Shown: one piece after another, positions 38,012-48,485 of the stretch
Numbering within the stretch: the stretch's first letter is position 1
How the letters are laid out: each line of letters opens with the position of its first letter
Assembly: GCA_964484255.1 (NCBI GenBank)
Contig: CAZAEH010000004.1
Coordinates: forward strand, 2,282 to 66,281
Source: an uncultured Planctomycetia bacterium
GTDB taxonomy: Bacteria > Omnitrophota > Gorgyraeia > Pluralincolimonadales > Pluralincolimonadaceae
Length of the DNA: 64,000 nucleotides
Direction of reading: 5' to 3'
The notes under the pieces: generated by a model
What the model was told of the DNA's origin: nothing
The model's database searches: none
Seen by the model: only the letters and a program-made list of their open reading frames with translations
Program-made: the position numbers and the translations under genes

Positions 38012-39931
38012 TTAAGCAAGACCTTTCGGGCTTTTCTTGAGCCCGGCTATCGTGCTGCGCAACAGCCTGCAGTACAGGTCAAAACCTATGGCTTGTATAA
38101 AGCCGTGCTGCTCTGTACCCAAGAGGTTCCCCGCACCGCGCAACTCCAGGTCCTCCATGGCTATCTTGAACCCTGAACCGAGTTCCGTATGCTCTTCGAT
38201 CGCTTTAAGCCTCGCCTCGGCATCCTTTGGCAGCTGCCAGCCTCTGGGATACAGGAAATACGAATAGGCCTGCACGGTATATCTGCCCACCCTGCCCCTA
38301 AGCTGATACAGGTCCGCGAGACCGAACATATCGGCACGGTTAACGAATATAGTGTTCGCATTCGGTATATCTATGCCCGACTGGACTATAGCGGTAGAGA
38401 CAAGTACGTCTATCTTGCCCTTGATAAAAGCAACCATTATACTCTCCAGCTCATGCGCGGGCATCTGCCCATGTGCCTCTTCCACCCTGGCGGAAGGGAC
38501 CATTTCCTTGAGCCTTGTCGCCAGTTTGTTCAACCCCTGTATCCTGTTATTGACAAAGAAAACCTGCCCGGAGCGTTTCAGTTCGCGTTCTATCCCCGAT
38601 TTTATTATCCTTTCGTCGAATTCCGCAACTTTCGTCGCAACGGGTATCCTGTTCTTGGGAGGAGTATCGATGACCGACATGTCTTTTATTCCCATAAGCG
38701 ACATATAAAGGGTCCTGGGTATAGGGGTGGCCGTAAGGGTAAGGACATCGACAAGCAACCGCATCCTTTTAAGCCGTTCCTTGTGCCTGACACCGAAACG
38801 CTGTTCCTCATCTATTACCACGAGGCCCAGGTCCTTGAACCTGATATCGTGCGAAAGGAGCCTATGGGTACCTATTATAATGTCAACGGAACCGTCCCTG
38901 ACCCCTTCTACTATCTTCTTCTGTTCCAATTTGCTTCTGAAACGCGAGAGCATCTCGACGTTAACCGGATAACCTTTGACCCTCTCGCTGAAGGTGGAAT
39001 AGTGCTGCTCTGCAAGGATGGTCGTCGGAACGAGCATCGCTACTTGCTTATTGTCCATTACCGCCTTGAAAGCGGCCCGGAGCGCCACTTCCGTCTTGCC
39101 GTAGCCGACATCGCCGCAGACAAGCCTGTCCATGGGCTTCGGTTTCTCCATATCCGCCTTTATTTCTGATGACGCCTTCGCCTGCGCCGGGGTATCATCA
39201 AAAGGAAACGATTTTTCCAGTTCAGCCTGCCAATCCGTATCTTTCGAGAAAGCATGACCTTTAAGGGATTCCCTCTTGGCCTGTATCTCCACATATTCAA
39301 GCGCAAGCGAATAGATGCCCTTTTGGGCGCGGGCTTTCGCAAGGGCCCAGGTCCTGGAACCGAGCCTATATAATTTAGGGGGACGGCCTTCGAACCCCAC
39401 ATATCTCTGGACAAGGTTCATGTCGTCCATGGGCACATAGAGCTTGGCGCCTTCGGCATACTCGACTACCATGTAGTCCACCGGGCCTTTTGGCTCCTTT
39501 ACCCTTTCAATGCCGTTGTACTTGCCTATGCCATGTTTGACGTGGACAACGAAATCTCCGGGAGATATATCTATGAAATTGCTTATAGGAAGGTCCTCGG
39601 TCATCTCGCCGACGGACCTGTGAGCCCTGATCTTGCGCGGTATCACGCCTTTGACCGGAAGCACCATGGCCATCTGGTGGTCGAGGAAAGACGAGCCGGT
39701 GGCTATATCGAAAGACCTGATTCGGGTGAGCCTGTCATCGTCGAATTCAATACGGATAGGCTCGTCAAAACCCATAGGGAAGATATCCAGTATTCCGCCT
39801 CGCTGGGCAAAATCCCCTTCTTCCTCTACGATCGGTTGGCGCCTGTAGCCGGCATCGACAAGCCGCCTGTGGACGTTCTCAAGCGACAATTCCTCGTTTT
39901 TGTATAATTTGATGGATTCGAACATAGGCAC
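38012..39931 (-). CDS. mfd: Transcription-repair coupling factor, short form (no D1a/D2 N-terminus, no D7 C-terminus)
   Basis: 639 aa. UvrB-like [23 protein letters not shown]; CarD/TRCF RNAP-interaction domain [19 protein letters not shown]2 motifs [39 protein letters not shown]. Ends right after helicase motif VI. Confidence 0.8.
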   Translation of the reverse strand: MPMFESIKLYKNEELSLENVHRRLVDAGYRRQPIVEEEGDFAQRGGILDIFPMGFDEPIRIEFDDDRLTRIRSFDIATGSSFLDHQMAMVLPVKGVIPRKIRAHRSVGEMTEDLPISNFIDISPGDFVVHVKHGIGKYNGIERVKEPKGPVDYMVVEYAEGAKLYVPMDDMNLVQRYVGFEGRPPKLYRLGSRTWALAKARAQKGIYSLALEYVEIQAKRESLKGHAFSKDTDWQAELEKSFPFDDTPAQAKASSEIKADMEKPKPMDRLVCGDVGYGKTEVALRAAFKAVMDNKQVAMLVPTTILAEQHYSTFSERVKGYPVNVEMLSRFRSKLEQKKIVEGVRDGSVDIIIGTHRLLSHDIRFKDLGLVVIDEEQRFGVRHKERLKRMRLLVDVLTLTATPIPRTLYMSLMGIKDMSVIDTPPKNRIPVATKVAEFDERIIKSGIERELKRSGQVFFVNNRIQGLNKLATRLKEMVPSARVEEAHGQMPAHELESIMVAFIKGKIDVLVSTAIVQSGIDIPNANTIFVNRADMFGLADLYQLRGRVGRYTVQAYSYFLYPRGWQLPKDAEARLKAIEEHTELGSGFKIAMEDLELRGAGNLLGTEQHGFIQAIGFDLYCRLLRSTIAGLKKSPKGLA

Positions 39932-39944
39932 GGGAACACCGCCT

Positions 39945-41609
39945 TTACATCTTCGCGGGGCAGGATACTCCGAGAAGCGTAAGGCCGTTGGCCAGGACCT
40001 GCCTTACGCAGGAAATAAGATAAAGCCTTGCTTTGGTAAGCGCGGCATCCTCGGTGATGACCTTATTGGCCTCATAGAATTTATGGAAACACGCCGAGAG
40101 CCCCTGCAGGTACGTTATTATCCTGTAAGGGTCCTCTTCCTGGGCGCTCAACCTTACGATAGCCGGATATTGCCTCAATTCCCTGAGAAGGTTCAGTTCT
40201 TCGGGGGCGGAAAGAAGCCCGAGATCGGCTTTATCGATCTGTTCTTCGGATACCTTTGCGGCCGCGATTATGCTGGATATCCTGGCATGGGCATACTGCA
40301 CGTAGAATACGGGGTTCTCCTGGGTCTGTTTCTTGGCCAGCTCCAGGTCAAAATCAAGATGGGCACTCGCCTTCCTCATCAGGAAAAAGAACCTGGCGGC
40401 ATCCTTGCCCACGTCGTCAAGGACCTCGCGCAAAGTTATGTACTCGCCGGCCCTGGTAGACATCTTGACGGGCTGGCCGTTCTTATAAAGAGTGGCAAGC
40501 TGTATTATTATTATATTTACCGCGGCGGAGGGATAGCCGAGGGCCTGGACCGCGGCCTTTATCCTGTTTATATAGCCGTGGTGGTCTGGTCCCAGTATGT
40601 CGATTACCTTCTTGAACCCGCGCTCAAATTTGTCCTTATGGTAAGCTATATCCGGGGTGACATAGGTGTAGGCGCCGTCGCTCTTTTTTACTACCCTGTC
40701 CTTGTCGTCACCGAACATGGTCGACTTAAACCATAATGCTCCCTCGGATTCGTACAGGAACCCCTTCTTGTCCAGTGCGCTAAGGGTACCTTCTATTTTA
40801 CCGGAAGCCCCGAGGGCCTTCTGGCTGAACCAGACATCGAACCCGACCCCGAAATCCAGGAGCTCTTTCTTTATTTCATTGAGCAAATAACCACATCCCC
40901 ACTCCGAATAGACCTTAAGATTTTCCGGGGTCTCGGCCTTATACCTGTCGCCGTATTCCTCGCGGAACCGCCCGGCCATGTCCCTTATATACTCTCCCCT
41001 GTAACCGTTCTCCGGGAACTCATATTTGTCGCCGATCAACTCCCTGTACCTGGCGTAGATGGAACGGCCCAAGACCGTTATCTGCACGCCCTCGTCGTTT
41101 ATGTAATATTCGCGCGTCACGTCATATCCGTTGGCAGAAAGTATGTTAGAGAGCGAATCGCCGAAAGCCGCCTGCCTGGCATGCGCGACACTCAACGTCC
41201 CCGTAGGATTGGCGCTTACGAACTCAACCTGCACCTTTATGCCCTTGCCGGCATCCGAGGTCCCGAACTTCGTACCAGCGGCCCTGATCTTCCTTATCAC
41301 ATCGCGCAGTGCCCCTGCGGAAAGACGCATGTTTATAAACCCGTTCAGCGGCTCGATGCTGTCTATCTCGCCTTTAAGGGCGGACATAGCCAGCGCCGAA
41401 CTCAGTATCTTAGAGATGTTCTCCGCAAGGTCCTTCGGGTTCTTCTTAAGGGGCTTGGCCATCCTGAAAGCAATGTTAGTGGCCATATCTCCATGGGAAG
41501 GATCTTTAGGGCTTTCGAGTATAAGCATATCCCTGTCATAAAGACCGGATAAAGAGGCCTCACCTGACAATGCGGAATCTATGAAATCGGTTATCTTTTT
41601 CTCAATCAT
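39945..41609 (-). CDS. argS: Arginyl-tRNA synthetase
   Basis: 554 aa. Class I HIGH-region [14 protein letters not shown] and the ArgS anticodon-binding C-terminus. Confidence 0.9.
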   Translation of the reverse strand: MIEKKITDFIDSALSGEASLSGLYDRDMLILESPKDPSHGDMATNIAFRMAKPLKKNPKDLAENISKILSSALAMSALKGEIDSIEPLNGFINMRLSAGALRDVIRKIRAAGTKFGTSDAGKGIKVQVEFVSANPTGTLSVAHARQAAFGDSLSNILSANGYDVTREYYINDEGVQITVLGRSIYARYRELIGDKYEFPENGYRGEYIRDMAGRFREEYGDRYKAETPENLKVYSEWGCGYLLNEIKKELLDFGVGFDVWFSQKALGASGKIEGTLSALDKKGFLYESEGALWFKSTMFGDDKDRVVKKSDGAYTYVTPDIAYHKDKFERGFKKVIDILGPDHHGYINRIKAAVQALGYPSAAVNIIIIQLATLYKNGQPVKMSTRAGEYITLREVLDDVGKDAARFFFLMRKASAHLDFDLELAKKQTQENPVFYVQYAHARISSIIAAAKVSEEQIDKADLGLLSAPEELNLLRELRQYPAIVRLSAQEEDPYRIITYLQGLSACFHKFYEANKVITEDAALTKARLYLISCVRQVLANGLTLLGVSCPAKM

Positions 41610-41630
41610 ACTTTTTCCCGCTCAAAATAC

Positions 41631-41660
41631 AATGCCACCCGCAAGAGCGCGGGTGGCATT
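41631..41660 (-). terminator. Hairpin between rsfS and argS (possible weak terminator/attenuator)
   Basis: Perfect 12-bp inverted repeat aatgccacccgc / gcgggtggcatt with a 6-nt loop. On the minus-strand transcript it is followed by GUAUUUU. Confidence 0.35.
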
Positions 41661-41672
41661 CATATACCTGAT

Positions 41673-42029
41673 TCAGCCGAGATTTTCTTTAGGGACGTCT
41701 CCCCAAAGACTCTCCAGGCCGTAGAATCTCCGGGCTTCGGACTCAAAGACATGCACGACACAATTCCCGAAATCCAGAAGCATCCAGCTCGCGTCGCTGC
41801 CTCCTTCGCGGTGCCAGAGCCTTATTCCTTCCTCTCCCAGTTTGTCCTCAAGCTCATCGGATACGGCCTTGACCTGGCGCTGGTTCATGGCGGTCATGAC
41901 TACGAAATAATCGCAGAACGCCGACACCTTGCTCATATCCATGAGGACTATATCTTCGGCCTTCTTTTCCTTCGCTACTTCTACTATCAGCTCAGCCTTA
42001 TCCCTGGAGGAATCTATCTTACTTTCCAA
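41673..42029 (-). CDS. rsfS: Ribosome silencing factor RsfS (Iojap)
   Basis: 118 aa. KKAEDIVLMDMSKVSAFCDYFVVMTAMNQRQV. The track start is TTG. Confidence 0.8.
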   Translation of the reverse strand: MESKIDSSRDKAELIVEVAKEKKAEDIVLMDMSKVSAFCDYFVVMTAMNQRQVKAVSDELEDKLGEEGIRLWHREGGSDASWMLLDFGNCVVHVFESEARRFYGLESLWGDVPKENLG

Positions 42030-42159
42030 GTATCCTATACATTCCCGTGCCGCAAGCCGGGCATTTGCCCTTCATGGCTTCGCGACCGTTCTTCATCTTC
42101 TCTTTCTGGGCATCCTTCATCTCTTGTTTCTTCTTACATTTAACGCAATATGCTTCCAT
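42019..42159 (-). CDS. Small zinc-ribbon protein (46 aa, DUF5679-like); not in the ORF track
   Basis: Manual translation: MEAYCVKCKKKQEMKDAQKEKMKNGREAMKGKCPACGTGMYRILGK*. Two CxxC pairs. Strong SD AAGAGGAGGTG 6 nt before the ATG. The stop overlaps the rsfS start by 10 nt. Confidence 0.55.
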   Translation of the reverse strand: MEAYCVKCKKKQEMKDAQKEKMKNGREAMKGKCPACGTGMYRILGK

Positions 42160-42208
42160 CTAGCACCTCCTCTTAAGGTTTGGAAACGTTTTTAGTCTAC
42201 CATACCGC

Positions 42209-43246
42209 TCAATGGCTGTCAAGAACGGGGTCTTCCTCAATTTCCCCTACTATCTCTTCCACCAGGTCCTCAAGAGTGACCAAACCGACTGCCCTCTTCT
42301 CGATCTCGGAAGTGTCGGTTATTATGGCTATCTGGACCCTGAGCCTTTGGAAATCCTTCAAAAGATCATTAACCCTCTTGTCTTTAGGCACAAAATACGG
42401 CTGGTGGACAAGGTCGGGTATTATTACCAATCCCTTGTTCTGCCATATGTATAACAGGTCCCTGGCATATATTATTCCTACGATATTGTTGCGGGTCCCC
42501 TTATAGACGGGCAACCTGGAATGGCCTTCTTCCACAAAAAGGGTCAAAAGTTCCTCGGGGTCGGCGTCTATATCTATTGCCACCATCTCGGACAGGGGTA
42601 TCATTACTTCGTTCACCCTGGTGTCGCCGAATTCGAATATCCTGTGGAGCATCTTCCTCTCTTCGTCCCCTACAACCCCTTCCTCCTTGCCTAACTCTAT
42701 CATCAGCCTTATCTCTTCTTCGCTGATAAGGGGAGAACGCTGCTTTACTTCGCCGCCAAATAGCTTTATCGTGGCATTCCCCAATTTTGTGAATAATTTT
42801 GCAACGGGATCAAATACCGTAACGAGAAGTTTTATAGGCTTGGCTATTGCCAGAGAGACTCGCTCCGACCTTTGGACAGCGAACATCTTGGGGATTATCT
42901 CTCCAAATATAAGCAGGACCATGGTCACAAAAACCGTTGCTGCCACCATGCCCATCTCGTCTCCGAGGAAGAAAACGAAGATGATGGCACCGATGACCGA
43001 TATGGCCGTGTTGACAAGGTTGTTACCGACCAGGATAGAGGTTATCAGCCTCTCGGGCTTGGATACCAACTGCTGGACAAGCTTGGCATTCTTGGCACCC
43101 TTTGAGACCAGATGGCGCAATTTTATCTTGTTCAGCGATATAAGGGCTGTCTCTGACATCGAAAAGAAAGCCGACATGACCACAAGGATACCCATCGACA
43201 CCAGAAGCGGCAGAAATTCTTTTAAAAGTTTGTCTATTATAGCCAT
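42209..43246 (-). CDS. corC: HlyC/CorC family transporter (DUF21, CBS pair, CorC_HlyC)
   Basis: Start taken at MAIIDKLL (track ORF extends to 43312). TM DUF21 N-terminus, CBS domains, C-terminal transporter-associated domain. Confidence 0.8.
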   Translation of the reverse strand: MAIIDKLLKEFLPLLVSMGILVVMSAFFSMSETALISLNKIKLRHLVSKGAKNAKLVQQLVSKPERLITSILVGNNLVNTAISVIGAIIFVFFLGDEMGMVAATVFVTMVLLIFGEIIPKMFAVQRSERVSLAIAKPIKLLVTVFDPVAKLFTKLGNATIKLFGGEVKQRSPLISEEEIRLMIELGKEEGVVGDEERKMLHRIFEFGDTRVNEVMIPLSEMVAIDIDADPEELLTLFVEEGHSRLPVYKGTRNNIVGIIYARDLLYIWQNKGLVIIPDLVHQPYFVPKDKRVNDLLKDFQRLRVQIAIITDTSEIEKRAVGLVTLEDLVEEIVGEIEEDPVLDSH

Positions 43247-44202
43247 TTTTTCTTCTTCAAATAAAGCACCATTAGCACCGTAAGCAGTGCGGTAAAAGCA
43301 AGGATGAACCAAAGCCCGTGCTCATGGTTAGAGAACGGCAGGAACTTGAGGTTCATGCCGTATATGCTGGGTATTACCACAAAAGGCATCATTACCGTGG
43401 CCAGGAGCGTAAGGACCTTCATGACCTCGTTGAGCCTGTTGGAGACAATGGATACGTATGCTTCCAGCGCTCCGGTGACGATATCGCGGGAAGTACCCAC
43501 TATATCGTTTATCCTCACAAGATGGTCAAAAACATTCCTGAAATAAACATAGTTGACGGGCTTGATTATAGGAAAATCGCCCCTGGTAAGCATGGAAAAA
43601 ACATCCGCCTGCGGGCCTATCGTCCTGCGCAGGAGCATGGTATCGTTCTTGAGCCTGTATATCTCGTTGAAGACCTTTGTGGTCGGGTCCTTAAAAAGTT
43701 CGGCCTCCATGTCATCGACCCGTTTATCGAACCGGTCAACTATAGGATAATAGCTATCGGCCAGGGACTCAAGGATAGAACACATAAGGAAATCGCTTCC
43801 CCTGGTTATAATGGGCGAGCCTTTGTCAACTCTTTCGAGGTTCAGGTTTATGGAACTGACCGGGTCGGTGTGCACCGTTATAAGATAATTCTTGCCCAGG
43901 CAAAAATCCGCTTCAAAGACTTGTATTTTCCCGGTCTCCTCATCGATCTTGACGCCTTGAGTTACAAGGAACAGGTAATTCGGGAAATCCTCAACTTTCG
44001 GCCGGGCATTTACCATTATGCAGTCCTCGACCGTAAGCGGATGGAGCCCGAAGACATCCATAAGTATCTCGATATCGCCGTCCTCCAGGCCTTCCATATC
44101 CACCCAGAGAAGAGAGTTCTCCGAAGAAAGCGCTTCACGGAACTTCTCAACAGGAAGATCCTTGACCACTTTTCCTTCGGGACCGAAATAGTAGCTTCTC
44201 AT
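43237..44202 (-). CDS. corA: Magnesium/cobalt transporter CorA
   Basis: 321 aa. C-terminal two TM helices with YGMNLKFLP (GMN motif). Confidence 0.85.
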   Translation of the reverse strand: MRSYYFGPEGKVVKDLPVEKFREALSSENSLLWVDMEGLEDGDIEILMDVFGLHPLTVEDCIMVNARPKVEDFPNYLFLVTQGVKIDEETGKIQVFEADFCLGKNYLITVHTDPVSSINLNLERVDKGSPIITRGSDFLMCSILESLADSYYPIVDRFDKRVDDMEAELFKDPTTKVFNEIYRLKNDTMLLRRTIGPQADVFSMLTRGDFPIIKPVNYVYFRNVFDHLVRINDIVGTSRDIVTGALEAYVSIVSNRLNEVMKVLTLLATVMMPFVVIPSIYGMNLKFLPFSNHEHGLWFILAFTALLTVLMVLYLKKKKWL

Positions 44203-44215
44203 GGCTATTCCCCCG

Positions 44216-44785
44216 TTATCTGTAAAGTCTTCTCGCTATTATATACTCCCTGACCGGCTCCGGAACAAGATATCTTATCGACTTGCCTTCCTTTATCTTC
44301 CTGCGTATAAGGGAGGAAGATATCTCAAGCGAAGTGATCGTTACCACGTCGACACCCGTAGGCACGTTAGCAATATCATATCCAGGGCGGTTGGTTACTA
44401 TGAAATTGGAGAGCTTGAATATCTGGTCTATCTCTTTCCATGTATAAAGCTCCCCAAGCGAATCTGCACCCGTCAGGAAAAAAAGTCTGGCATCCTCGCC
44501 GTACTTTTGCCTGAATGCCTTGAGGGTCTCTACGGAATACGAGGTCGTCTTTGCGTCTATCTCGACCGAGGATACCTCAAAATTCGGGTTCCCCCTTATT
44601 GCAAGCTCGACCATCTTGAACCTGTCATTCGGCTCGGCCAGGTCCTCCTCCTTCTTATGGGGAGGTACGTATGCCGGAACCAGTATCACCTTATCCAGGT
44701 TCAGTTTTTCCCTGGCCTCTTCCGCCAGGACAAGATGGCCCGCGTGTATCGGGTTGAATGTCCCGCCGAGTATGCCTATACGCAT
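44216..44785 (-). CDS. nadD: Nicotinate-nucleotide adenylyltransferase
   Basis: 189 aa. IGILGGTFNPIHAGHL. Confidence 0.85.
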   Translation of the reverse strand: MRIGILGGTFNPIHAGHLVLAEEAREKLNLDKVILVPAYVPPHKKEEDLAEPNDRFKMVELAIRGNPNFEVSSVEIDAKTTSYSVETLKAFRQKYGEDARLFFLTGADSLGELYTWKEIDQIFKLSNFIVTNRPGYDIANVPTGVDVVTITSLEISSSLIRRKIKEGKSIRYLVPEPVREYIIARRLYR

Positions 44786-44789
44786 GTTG

Positions 44790-46049
44790 TCACTCCCTTG
44801 TCTGTCCGTTGCCGTATATTATGTACTTGTAGCTTGTCAGTTCTTCTACCCCTACCGGGCCGCGAGCGTGGAACTTGTCGGTCGATATCCCTATCTCCGC
44901 TCCAAAACCGAACTCCCCGCCGTCGGTGAACCTTGTGGAGGCATTCACGTATACCGAGGCCGAGTCCACCTTTTTGAGGAACTCAACCGCATTATGGTAA
45001 TTTTCGGTAACTATGGCATCGGAAAGCCTGGTGCTATACCTGTTTATATGTTCAACGGCCTCATGCAGGTTCTTTACCACTTTTATAGAAAGGATCAGGT
45101 CCAAATATTCGGTAGACCAGTCCTTCTCGGTGGCAGCCTTAAGCCCTTTGACTAGCCTGCGGGTCGCGGAACAACCCCTTATCTCAACACCCGACTCTTT
45201 ATATTTCTTTATCATCGAAGGCAGGAAACGCGCGGCCACATCCTCGTTCACCAGCAAGGTCTCCATCGCATTACAGACGGACGGCCGCTGGACCTTGGCG
45301 TTGAAACATATGCGCTCAGCCATGTTCAGGTCGGCATCCTCATCCACATAGACGTGGCAAATACCCTTATAATGCTTGAGGACGGGAATCCTGGAACTGC
45401 GAGCCACTTCTTTTATCAGGCTCTCGCCCCCCCTGGGTATTATCAGGTCCACAAGGTCGCATAGACCCAGCAGCACCTTGACCGCTTTTCTGTCGGTCGT
45501 CCTGATAAGGTTGATAGCCCCGTCCGGGATGCCCGCATCCCTCGCCGCCTCGTTAAGGATATCGAATATCGCTATATTGGAGTTGATCGCCTCGCTGCCT
45601 CCGCGAAGGATAACGCTGTTACCCGCCTTCAGGCACAGGCCTATGCAATCCGCAGTAACATTAGGCCGCGATTCATAAATAACCCCGATCACGCCTAACG
45701 GAACGCGCAGTTTGCCTATCCATAACCCGTTAGGACGGGTCCACATCTTCGTTACTTCGCCTATGGGATCGCGCAGGCCCGCCACGGTCCTGAAGCCTTC
45801 TGCCATGGATTTTATCCTTTTGTCATTCAGGGTAAGCCTGTCAATGAAAGCCGGGCCGAGCTTCTTGGACTGCGCCGCGCGTATATCCTTCTTGTTGGCC
45901 GCGAATACGGCGGACCTTCCCTTCTCCAAGGCATCGGCCATGGCGCGCAATGCCCTGTCCTTGACCGAAGAGGATAACTGTCCCATTTCAAAGGACGCCT
46001 TCCTGGCATCCTGAGCTATTGATGTCACTTCTTTGCTTAGATCGCCCAT
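44790..46049 (-). CDS. proA: Gamma-glutamyl phosphate reductase
   Basis: Start taken at Met57 of the track ORF (MGDLSK...), 1-nt overlap with the proB stop. ALDH-fold. Confidence 0.85.
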   Translation of the reverse strand: MGDLSKEVTSIAQDARKASFEMGQLSSSVKDRALRAMADALEKGRSAVFAANKKDIRAAQSKKLGPAFIDRLTLNDKRIKSMAEGFRTVAGLRDPIGEVTKMWTRPNGLWIGKLRVPLGVIGVIYESRPNVTADCIGLCLKAGNSVILRGGSEAINSNIAIFDILNEAARDAGIPDGAINLIRTTDRKAVKVLLGLCDLVDLIIPRGGESLIKEVARSSRIPVLKHYKGICHVYVDEDADLNMAERICFNAKVQRPSVCNAMETLLVNEDVAARFLPSMIKKYKESGVEIRGCSATRRLVKGLKAATEKDWSTEYLDLILSIKVVKNLHEAVEHINRYSTRLSDAIVTENYHNAVEFLKKVDSASVYVNASTRFTDGGEFGFGAEIGISTDKFHARGPVGVEELTSYKYIIYGNGQTRE

Positions 46050-46855
46050 TAAGATTGGCTCCTTCTTGCCTTGGGTGCGAATATGGTGCCCACCTTCTCT
46101 TTCGCTGTTATCTTTATAAGTATGTTCCTGGTCTTGCCGTTTGCGATCACCATCGGTATCCCGGCGTCGGTAACGGTTTTCGCGGCCTTTATCTTGGTCG
46201 ACATGCCGCCTACGCACGTCTCCTTATCGGTACCACTGGCAACCCGCTCTACCCCGGAGTCTATCTCCGTGACCGTATCTATAAGTTCCTTCCTGCCTAT
46301 ATGGCTGTAGAGGCCGTCCACATCCGACAATATAATCAGAAGGTCGGCGCAAAGCAGGTTCGTTACCAGTGCGGCAAGCGTATCATTGTCCCCGAATTTT
46401 ATCTCATCAACGGAGACCGTGTCGTTCTCATTGACTATCGGTACCGCGCCGTATTCGAGTATCGTCAACAATGTGCTTTTGACGCTGGAGCGCCTCTTGT
46501 TCTCTCTGAAGTCATCGCGCGTAAGCAGGACCTGAGCCACTTTTCGCCGGTGGTCCTTGAAGTATTCGTCATAGGCCTTCATCAACTGAGCCTGCCCTAT
46601 GGCCGCGGCAGCCTGCAGGTGGTTAAGCGTCTTGGGACGCGCTTTAAGCCCAAGCAGGTGCATGCCGGCGCCGATGGCGCCGGAACTGACCAATACTACT
46701 TTTATGCCCCTGTCAAGCAGTTCGCATACCTGCCTTGATATCTCCCTGACAGCATGCCTGTCCATAGGCAGCGACCTGGAAGTGAACATAGACGTTCCGA
46801 CCTTGACAACAGCCAACTTTATATTAGAAAGGAACTTATCCCTCATGCGCCTCAT
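46049..46855 (-). CDS. proB: Glutamate 5-kinase (no PUA domain)
   Basis: 268 aa. LAVVKVGTS amino-acid kinase N-terminus. Confidence 0.85.
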   Translation of the reverse strand: MRRMRDKFLSNIKLAVVKVGTSMFTSRSLPMDRHAVREISRQVCELLDRGIKVVLVSSGAIGAGMHLLGLKARPKTLNHLQAAAAIGQAQLMKAYDEYFKDHRRKVAQVLLTRDDFRENKRRSSVKSTLLTILEYGAVPIVNENDTVSVDEIKFGDNDTLAALVTNLLCADLLIILSDVDGLYSHIGRKELIDTVTEIDSGVERVASGTDKETCVGGMSTKIKAAKTVTDAGIPMVIANGKTRNILIKITAKEKVGTIFAPKARRSQS

Positions 46856-47813
46856 CCAGTTTTTTTACGATTGCAGACTTTAATTCTTCCATTCCTTCGC
46901 CCGTAAGGGCGGATATCGCTATTATATCCTTTTTTACTTTCGACTTAAACTTTTTTAGATTCGGCAGCGAAACAGGCAAATCTATCTTGTTTGCCACCAC
47001 AAGCTGCGCCTTCTTCTCGAGTCCTGCGCCGTAAAGCTTCAACTCATTATTCAGGACCTTAAAATCTTCGGCAGGGTCCCGCTGGTCAGCGCCGGCCATA
47101 TCTATGACATGCACCAATATCGTAGTGCGCTCTATATGCCGCAGGAATTTGTCTCCCAGGCCCCTGCCGGCATGCGCGCCTTCTATGAGCCCCGGAATAT
47201 CGGCCACTTTGAATGTCTTTCCGTGGCTGCCGTATTCTACAATACCGAGTACGGGCTCCCTTGTCGTGAACGGATATGGGGCTATCTTCGGCTTCGCCTT
47301 TGATATCCTGGATATTATTGAGGATTTCCCCGCATTCGGAAAACCGATCAGGCCGCAATCGGCGATCAACTTCAGTTCCAGGCCCAGCATCTTCTCATCG
47401 CCAGGCTCGCCTTTTGTAGCAGGTTTCTTGGACGCATTGCCGCGGCCGCCTCTGCCGCCTCTTGCCGCAACAAACCTGTCACCTGCGGCTTTAAGGTCTC
47501 TTAAGATAACGCCTGAGGCATAGTCCTTTATAATAGTCCCGGGCGGGACCTGTATGATGCAATCTTCCCCGTTCCTGCCGTTCTTGTTGTTTGACGAACC
47601 GTTCTCGCCCTTCTGGGCTTTGAAATGCTGGCGGTATTGGAAGTCGAGGAGGGTATGGATGTTCTCGTTGGCAAGTATTATTACATCACCGCCGTCGCCG
47701 CCCGGTCCTCCGTTCTGGACCGGGTAGCGGGCGAATTTATCCTTGTAGAAGCTCTGGCAGCCGTCTCCGCCCTTACCTGCTCTGACCTCGATCTTCGCAG
47801 TATCTACAAACAC
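46836..47813 (-). CDS. obg: GTPase Obg
   Basis: 325 aa. Gly-rich Obg fold (GKGGDGCQSF, GGPGGDGGDV), G1 GFPNAGKSS, G3, NKID. Confidence 0.9.
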   Translation of the reverse strand: MFVDTAKIEVRAGKGGDGCQSFYKDKFARYPVQNGGPGGDGGDVIILANENIHTLLDFQYRQHFKAQKGENGSSNNKNGRNGEDCIIQVPPGTIIKDYASGVILRDLKAAGDRFVAARGGRGGRGNASKKPATKGEPGDEKMLGLELKLIADCGLIGFPNAGKSSIISRISKAKPKIAPYPFTTREPVLGIVEYGSHGKTFKVADIPGLIEGAHAGRGLGDKFLRHIERTTILVHVIDMAGADQRDPAEDFKVLNNELKLYGAGLEKKAQLVVANKIDLPVSLPNLKKFKSKVKKDIIAISALTGEGMEELKSAIVKKLDEAHEG

Positions 47814-47829
47814 CTTGGCGTTTAGCTTT

Positions 47830-48072
47830 TTATTGTGGCAGGATGCTGACTAATTTGGACTTGCTGAAAGTTACTATGCCGTCTTTCAAGGCAAATAACG
47901 TGTCATCCTTGCCCCTGCCGACGTTAAGACCCGGTTTCCACGGGGTCCCGCGCTGCCTTATTATGATGCTTCCGGCGGTCACTTTCTGCCCGCCGTAAGC
48001 CTTTATCCCGAGCCTCTGGGAGTTGCTGTCGCGGCCGTTCCTGGTTGAACCTTGACCTTTATGATGAGCCAT
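47830..48072 (-). CDS. rpmA: 50S ribosomal protein L27
   Basis: [24 protein letters not shown]. Confidence 0.9.
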   Translation of the reverse strand: MAHHKGQGSTRNGRDSNSQRLGIKAYGGQKVTAGSIIIRQRGTPWKPGLNVGRGKDDTLFALKDGIVTFSKSKLVSILPQ

Positions 48073-48093
48073 TTAAAGCCTCCTGATCCTTTC

Positions 48094-48408
48094 TTAAGCT
48101 TTTATCTCTTTTACTTTTACCTTCGTCAAAAGCTGGCGGTGCCCCTTCTTCCAGCGTGAATCCTTCCTCCTGCGGTACTTGTAGGATATGGTCTTCTCGC
48201 CCTTAAGGTCGGAGACAACTTCGCAGACGACCTTTGCGTCCTTCAGGTAGGGTTTGCCGAATTTGGCATCCTTGCCGTCGGAAACCATGAGCACTTCCTT
48301 GATTATTATCTCTTTTTCCTTTTCGGGAAGGGTCAGGCGCTCGACTATGATAGCGTCGCCCTTTTTGACCTTATACTGCTTCCCGCCTGTCAATATTACG
48401 GCGTACAT
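48094..48408 (-). CDS. rplU: 50S ribosomal protein L21
   Basis: MYAVILTGGKQYKV. Confidence 0.9.
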   Translation of the reverse strand: MYAVILTGGKQYKVKKGDAIIVERLTLPEKEKEIIIKEVLMVSDGKDAKFGKPYLKDAKVVCEVVSDLKGEKTISYKYRRRKDSRWKKGHRQLLTKVKVKEIKA

Positions 48409-48443
48409 TAGAGACTCCTTCTATTTGTTTTGGATTTCGTGAG

Positions 48444-48472
48444 ATTATACCTTAAAACCGCCTGGGTGTCAA
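48444..48472 (-). promoter_or_regulatory. Consensus sigma70 promoter for rplU-rpmA-obg-proBA-nadD
   Basis: Minus-strand TTGACA (48472..48467), exact 17-nt spacer, TATAAT (48449..48444). RBS GAAGGAG before the rplU ATG. Confidence 0.55.
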
Positions 48473-48485
48473 GGAGATTGGGGCA

